This document shows, piece by piece, positions 50,595-56,188 of a DNA stretch of 56,188 nucleotides. This DNA comes from Paludibacter sp. (GTDB taxonomy: Bacteria; Bacteroidota; Bacteroidia; Bacteroidales; Paludibacteraceae), in the NCBI GenBank assembly GCA_020049515.1, contig JAIFKQ010000054.1:1-56188 (forward strand), read 5' to 3'. Under the pieces are notes generated by a model. It was not told the DNA's origin. It made no database searches and saw only the letters and a list, made by a program, of their open reading frames with translations. The first letter of the stretch is position 1; each line of letters opens with the position of its first letter. A program made the translations under genes and the position numbers.

Positions 50595-52280
50595 ATGTCC
50601 AAATTTGTAATTTATCAAGTTCTCCCTCGCCTTTTTGGCAATTTCACTGCTACCAATAAACATAACGGAACCTTTGAGGAAAATGGTTGTGGTAAGTTCA
50701 ACAGTTTTACTGCCAAAGCATTGTCAGAGATAAAATCACTCGGCGTGTCACATGTATGGTACACAGGAATAATAGAACATGCCACACAAACCGATTACTC
50801 GGCTTTTGGAATAAAAAAGGACCATTTCGGAGTAGTAAAAGGTAAAGCGGGTTCGGCCTATGCAATTAAAGATTATTACGATGTTGACCCAGATTTGGCT
50901 GTGAATGTAGAAAACAGAATGGCCGAATTTGAAAATATGGTAAAACGGACACACAAGGCAGGATTGGATGTTATAATTGATTTTGTACCAAATCATGTGG
51001 CACGAGAATATCACTCGGATGTAAAGCCAAAAGGAGTTGTAGATTTAGGTGAAAATGATACAACTGATTGGGCATTTTCGCCTTTAAATAATTTCTATTA
51101 CCTTCCTCATCAACCATTTTCACCTTCGTTTGATGTACATGGTTACACCGAATTTCCGGCAAAAGCCACAGGGAATGACCAGTTTACAGCTTCGCCAAGC
51201 GTGAATGATTGGTACGAAACAGTAAAACTAAATTATGGTGTAAATTATGTAGAAGGACATCAGAAACAGTTTGACCCAATACCAGACACATGGTTTAAAA
51301 TGCGTGATATTTTGCTTTTTTGGGCATCAAAAAAAGTAAATGGTTTTAGATGTGATATGGCCGAAATGGTTCCAGTGGAATTTTGGGGTTGGGCAATTGA
51401 CCAAGTGAAGGATAAATATCCACATATAATGTTTATAGCTGAAGTGTATAACCCTGCTGAATATAGAAATTATATTGACAACGGTAAATTCGATTATCTG
51501 TATGACAAAGTTGGAATGTACGACATGCTCCGCAATGTAACAAGCCGAAATTTTCCAGTACACAAAATCACCAATGCATGGCAATCGCTTAGTGGTATCG
51601 AAAATCAAATGCTTAATTTCCTAGAAAATCATGACGAACAACGCATTGGGTCTGGATTCTTTTCGGGCAATGGAATGTCTGCACAACCAGCCATGATTAT
51701 TACCGCAACACTCACGCAGGCACCTGTAATGATATATTGCGGACAAGAGTTGGGTGAATTAGGCATGGATAGTGAAGGATTTAGTGGAATGGATGGACGT
51801 ACAACCATTTTTGATTATTGGGGTGTAAAATCTTTACAGAATTGGACAAATGCAGGCAAATTTGATGGAAAGAAATTGACCAATGAGCAAATAGAATTAC
51901 GAAATTTCTACCAAAAACTACTTAATATTTGCATTTTAGAAAAAGCAATTAGCGAAGGCTTGATGTTCGACTTAGAGTTTGCTAACTTCGATAATCCGAA
52001 ATTCAATTCGCATGAACAGTTTGCATACTTCCGAAAATACGAGGATGAATTGATTCTTATTGTGTTGAATTTTCATGACAAAGAGTTGAATACTGAAATT
52101 CAATTTCCGATAGAAGTTTTCGAATTTCTAAACCTTGAAGAGGGAAATAGATTTGAGTGTGTAAATTTATTGGATGACAATGAAGTAATGAATTCTATTT
52201 CATTGAGTTCCAAACAAGTATTTCACACACATATACCAGCTTGGAAAGGAAAAATTGTAAAATTAAAACAGATTAGCTAA
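50595..52280 (+). CDS. Alpha-amylase family glycoside hydrolase (GH13)
   Basis: IDFVPNH, GFRCDMAE, FIAEVY and FLENHDE catalytic regions. Confidence 0.93.
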   Translation: MSKFVIYQVLPRLFGNFTATNKHNGTFEENGCGKFNSFTAKALSEIKSLGVSHVWYTGIIEHATQTDYSAFGIKKDHFGVVKGKAGSAYAIKDYYDVDPDLAVNVENRMAEFENMVKRTHKAGLDVIIDFVPNHVAREYHSDVKPKGVVDLGENDTTDWAFSPLNNFYYLPHQPFSPSFDVHGYTEFPAKATGNDQFTASPSVNDWYETVKLNYGVNYVEGHQKQFDPIPDTWFKMRDILLFWASKKVNGFRCDMAEMVPVEFWGWAIDQVKDKYPHIMFIAEVYNPAEYRNYIDNGKFDYLYDKVGMYDMLRNVTSRNFPVHKITNAWQSLSGIENQMLNFLENHDEQRIGSGFFSGNGMSAQPAMIITATLTQAPVMIYCGQELGELGMDSEGFSGMDGRTTIFDYWGVKSLQNWTNAGKFDGKKLTNEQIELRNFYQKLLNICILEKAISEGLMFDLEFANFDNPKFNSHEQFAYFRKYEDELILIVLNFHDKELNTEIQFPIEVFEFLNLEEGNRFECVNLLDDNEVMNSISLSSKQVFHTHIPAWKGKIVKLKQIS

Positions 52281-52359
52281 TTTCTAAATCGGGAAAATAC
52301 TAATTTATAAATAAATTTGAGCATAGGTATGCTCACAAAATGGCACTAAAAATACTTAT

Positions 52360-52389
52360 ACCATCCCAATGAATAATTGGGATGGTTTT
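52360..52389 (+). terminator. Terminator after the GH13 gene
   Basis: ACCATCCCAAT-gaata-ATTGGGATGGT followed by TTT. Confidence 0.75.
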
Positions 52390-52619
52390 AATTTAATTTC
52401 CATACTATTAGGAATAATAATCCATTATCATTTCCTAAAATATTTTTCGTGATTAACTGTATTTCAATATATTGCAGTATTGACTTTATGGTTTGTGGGC
52501 TTTCAACTATTATTTTGAATAATAAATGACATATCTAAGCAAGATCGAAGTTGATGTATATTGTTTTGTTGTAAGACAATCCTTATAAATAACGTTGAAA
52601 CCAACCTAATACTCAAACA

Positions 52620-53204
52620 ATGGTTCATAATTTTGAAAACAGCCTAAATCACGAACGCGAACAAGCGGATAAGGCGGATAATTTTTACAGAAACATTATG
52701 AAAGTATCTGAAATTGTGCGATTTAATACGGATAGTCCTTCAGACATGGTTATGCAACGTGAAGACGTTGACCTACTTATTACACTCAATGGAATAACAT
52801 TTAGGGTTTCTGAAAAATTTAGGGATAAAGATTATGGTGATTTATACTTGGAAATGTATAGCAAATATCCCAAAATAGAAGGGTGGATACACACTGGTTC
52901 GCCAAATGCAATTCTATATTTCACCCCAAATTCGGTTTATTGGATTACCCATAAATCACTTTCAGCATTTTGTTTTCAAATTCTTTTTCCGCTAATTCCA
53001 AGTGTTTGGTACCAAGAAATACATAATAGCGGAAAAAGCATTGTTTCAAAAAAAATACTGCTCAATGGAGAATGGATTAAAATAAACATCATTCAAGCTC
53101 ACAATCAGCCAACTAGTGGAAAAAACTGGCAAACAATTGGAATTAGCGCTCCTTTTTCATTATTTGAAAATAATGGTGTGAAAATAAAAAAAATTCAGAG
53201 ATAG
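52620..53204 (+). CDS. Hypothetical protein, possible PD-(D/E)XK nuclease fold
   Basis: Clean 194-aa ORF with the pattern QREDVDL...RVSEKFR..DYGDLYLE...GW. Confidence 0.6.
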   Translation: MVHNFENSLNHEREQADKADNFYRNIMKVSEIVRFNTDSPSDMVMQREDVDLLITLNGITFRVSEKFRDKDYGDLYLEMYSKYPKIEGWIHTGSPNAILYFTPNSVYWITHKSLSAFCFQILFPLIPSVWYQEIHNSGKSIVSKKILLNGEWIKINIIQAHNQPTSGKNWQTIGISAPFSLFENNGVKIKKIQR

Positions 53205-53572
53205 ATATTTCTCAAAAATGACATTTAATTTTATATAAAGTAACAATAGACGCACCTTAAAATGAAAGTTTCACTGAATAGGAAATAAAGACGTAGAAAG
53301 CTGCTAATTATACTAATAAAAACTTAATAAAATATAACATAAAACAAAGAAAATATAAATTTCGGAACACAATAGATAAATATCAGTCTGTATTTTAAGA
53401 CACGAAATACTTTTTAAATGCAGAAAACAGTATTTGAATTGTGAACTATTGTGCCTAATGTGATTAGCTCATTAATTTGGTAAAGTTGGACTAAGAATAT
53501 TGTTTTATTTTCTACTTTCGTATTTATAATGCTTAGGAGACTAAAATCAATTAACAGCAGATGTCAATAAAT

Positions 53573-54616
53573 TTAACCTTTATGACTAGCAATAAATTTG
53601 AGATTCTCAATTTGTTGTTCGTTGCCAAAAACCAAAAGCTTATCTCCAAACTGAATAACATTATCTGCTTTTGGATTCACCTGTAATTCGCTCATAGAAG
53701 AATAAAAACCTATAACAACCAAATTTGTTCTTTGCGGAATGTTGGCTTCTCTATAGGTTTTATTAATCAAATCACTCCCACTTTTTATTTCCACCAGCCC
53801 AAATTTATATTCCTTTAACTCTTCTTTTGCCCCTGCAAAATCAACAAAACTAAAAAAATCAGTACTTGTAGTGGCTATTGATATAATGCGGTCGGTGGCA
53901 ATATCAATAGGAGAAACAATAAAATCTGCACCTGCCTTTTTAAATTTCCCCTCCGATTTTGTCTCTTCAATTCTCGTTATTACCTTTATATCTTTGTTCA
54001 AGTCCTTAGCGCTCAGTGTAACAAACAGATTTTCGGCATCAGTAGAAAGTACCGAAATAAGTATTTTGGCTCTTTTTATTCCAGCTTGTATCAAAACATC
54101 ATCGTTGGTTCCATCACCATCCAAATGTATAAATTTCTGGTCAAAAATTTCTCGTAACTTTTCGTTTCTCTCAGGATTACTCTCTATTACAACCACTTCG
54201 TAGCCCTTACGCATTAAATCCTCCAAAACCCGCTTACCTGTTTTTCCGTAACCACACACAATGTAATGTCCTTTCATTGTATCTAATAATTTATTCATTT
54301 TTCGTTGTTTTAACAAGTTAGACAATTCACCCTCAGCAAAAAAAGCTGAAATTTTACCAATAGAATATAAACCTGCAGTAAACCCAGAGATAACAATGCA
54401 GATTGTAAAAACTTTGCCCGTATCCGAAATTGGAACAATATCTCCATAACCAATTGTGGCAAAAGTAATTACCAACATATAAAGAGATTTTAGTGGCGAT
54501 AGTCCTTCTATGAGAATAAAGCCCCAAAAACCAATAATGAGGATAAAAAGAATAATGAGCAAGGGGACTAATAATTCTCTTAAAACTAAGTGATTTAATT
54601 TTGATTGTAACCTCAT
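53573..54616 (-). CDS. Potassium channel with TrkA-N/TrkA-C (RCK) domains
   Basis: TIGYGD selectivity filter, HYIVCGYGKTG and GDKLLVFG. Promoter TACCTTTG at 54659-54666. Confidence 0.92.
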   Translation of the reverse strand: MRLQSKLNHLVLRELLVPLLIILFILIIGFWGFILIEGLSPLKSLYMLVITFATIGYGDIVPISDTGKVFTICIVISGFTAGLYSIGKISAFFAEGELSNLLKQRKMNKLLDTMKGHYIVCGYGKTGKRVLEDLMRKGYEVVVIESNPERNEKLREIFDQKFIHLDGDGTNDDVLIQAGIKRAKILISVLSTDAENLFVTLSAKDLNKDIKVITRIEETKSEGKFKKAGADFIVSPIDIATDRIISIATTSTDFFSFVDFAGAKEELKEYKFGLVEIKSGSDLINKTYREANIPQRTNLVVIGFYSSMSELQVNPKADNVIQFGDKLLVFGNEQQIENLKFIASHKG

Positions 54617-54810
54617 TGTGAAAATTAAAAGTGTTTTTGTTGCAGCATAAATAATATTCAAAGGTAAAAAAAAATTTTCAATATCTGACTTTTTAAGAGA
54701 ATAAAATTTATAAACATTTTAATATGTAAACGTAAATCTAATACTGGCTGTATATCCAAATTAATTAACAACATAAAACCATAGATAAAAGAAGGAAACT
54801 GCACAAAAAA

Positions 54811-55707
54811 CTAGTCCACAATAGTCCTTCTCATTTTACCCCATTGACTTATAAATAATCCAACTACCACAATGGCAATACCAATCCATTTATTAACCGT
54901 AATTACATCTCCGAGTATAAGCCATGCAAAAATAGCAGTAAACACAGGAATTAAATTTACAAACACATTGGTGCGCGCCACTCCTACTTGCCGCACAGCC
55001 CCTGCAAACAATACAAAAGCTACCACGGAAGCAAAAACAGCTAGCATTACCAACGCAATAAACCCGTCCTTAGTTACTTCCAACTGAAGTATATTCGAAA
55101 AATCAGTCAGCAAAAAAGTGGGGATAAAAAACAGTAAACCCAAAACACTTTGGTAGAAAATAACATTCAACGTGTTGTAATAAGTGCTTATTTTTCGCAA
55201 AATAGTAGCATATCCGATAGCCGAAAAAACGGCCAGAAACAATAATGCTACACCCAAAGGATTGGCAATAAAACCTCCTGCAGGCTCATAAACAACGAAT
55301 AAAACGCCAAATAAGGAAACCAAAATTCCCACGATATTAGGCCAACCAATTCGTTCTCTTAAAATCACAAAAGCCACCACTGGAGCAAAAAGCGGAATGG
55401 TGGAAACAATGACAGAAGCCAAAGTGGGCTCTACCATGGTAAGACCGTAGGTTTCACCCACATAATACAAAAAAGGCTCAAAAAATGCCAATAACAAAAA
55501 CATTTTAATGTCCTTACGTCGTAGCAATTGAAATTTTCCAGTAGCTTTGGTCACAAAAAATAGCAGCAACGTAGCAAGCAGCAACCTAAGCGTAATGAGG
55601 GTCATCGGAGGAAATGAAAGTATGGCAACCCGAGTCCAAATAAATGAAAACGACCAAAAAACCATAGCCAACACTATGGATGTATAAAGAGTAAAAGATT
55701 TGAACAT
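54811..55707 (-). CDS. EamA/DMT family transporter
   Basis: About 10 TM segments in two repeats; FWSFSF, LRERI and NLIPVFT. Confidence 0.9.
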   Translation of the reverse strand: MFKSFTLYTSIVLAMVFWSFSFIWTRVAILSFPPMTLITLRLLLATLLLFFVTKATGKFQLLRRKDIKMFLLLAFFEPFLYYVGETYGLTMVEPTLASVIVSTIPLFAPVVAFVILRERIGWPNIVGILVSLFGVLFVVYEPAGGFIANPLGVALLFLAVFSAIGYATILRKISTYYNTLNVIFYQSVLGLLFFIPTFLLTDFSNILQLEVTKDGFIALVMLAVFASVVAFVLFAGAVRQVGVARTNVFVNLIPVFTAIFAWLILGDVITVNKWIGIAIVVVGLFISQWGKMRRTIVD

Positions 55708-55774
55708 CAAATATTTAATAAATTGTTTTGATAAAATACTCTAGTTTCAAAGTATAAATAAACAAACACAAATT

Positions 55775-56188
55775 CTATTCATTTATCAAAACACTTATTT
55801 CTTTATGAATCACTTGCCATACCTCATCTGTCATTTTAGCACCCAATACTTCTACCACATTCCCCGAAACTAACGAACCAATTTGACCACATTTTTCCAA
55901 TGAATAATCGCAGGCCAAACCATAAAGGAATCCTGCAGCATACAAATCGCCTGCACCCGTAGTATCAATACAAACTGCCAAGCGCGGATTAACCTGAACA
56001 ATAACTTCACCAGATTTGATATGCGAGCCGTCTTTTCCAACTTTTACTACAGCTATATCGCATTGATCAGAAATGTGAATTAAAGCATCCTTGGGCTCTT
56101 TGCCCGTAAAAGCACGCGCCTCGTCTTCATTTGCAAAAACTATGTCAACGTATTCTTTAATAATTTCATTCAAAAACTCCAAATTTTC
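55775..56188 (-). CDS. PfkB-family (adenosine-kinase-like) kinase, 5'-truncated by the window edge
   Basis: FANEDEA and DTTGAGDLYAAGFLYG. The frame is open to the window end. Confidence 0.9.
   Translation of the reverse strand, partial: ENLEFLNEIIKEYVDIVFANEDEARAFTGKEPKDALIHISDQCDIAVVKVGKDGSHIKSGEVIVQVNPRLAVCIDTTGAGDLYAAGFLYGLACDYSLEKCGQIGSLVSGNVVEVLGAKMTDEVWQVIHKEISVLINE

Overview
Low-GC chromosomal window from a Bacteroidota organism. The TAnnTTTG promoters and gene content suggest a Paludibacter-like member of Bacteroidales (inference). Most of it is housekeeping: dus, ttcA, tRNA-Gly/tRNA-Leu, an msrB-msrA fusion, a leuA-leuC-leuD-cimA-leuB operon, pabB/pabC, a DEAD-box helicase, an RsmI-like methyltransferase, ABC-F, a capD-like dehydratase, panB, yebC, a RecD-like helicase, DPP III, coaE, Wzi-like and priming sugar transferase genes, rluA, amgK/murU-like genes, TraB/GumN, tpx, a GH13, a K+ channel, EamA and a PfkB kinase. 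I saw no CRISPR array, prophage or IS. Highlights: (1) a ~10 kb envelope locus at 22.6-32.8 kb with three DUF5723-like NPA-motif beta-barrels, two fused to an indel-free collinear 8xTSP3+OmpA module and each preceded by a different lipoprotein and a terminator; (2) an unannotated Leu+Ile leader-peptide attenuator upstream of the leu/cimA operon; (3) aroC broken by two ~30-40 bp frameshifting deletions; (4) an antisense small membrane protein gene with its own promoter inside the leu operon; (5) REP-like palindrome doublets, some translated into protein termini and one carrying a nested insertion; (6) an orphan PD-(D/E)XK-like gene, a candidate structured RNA and a probable leaderless mRNA. All family assignments come from recognising motifs by eye; no database search was run.
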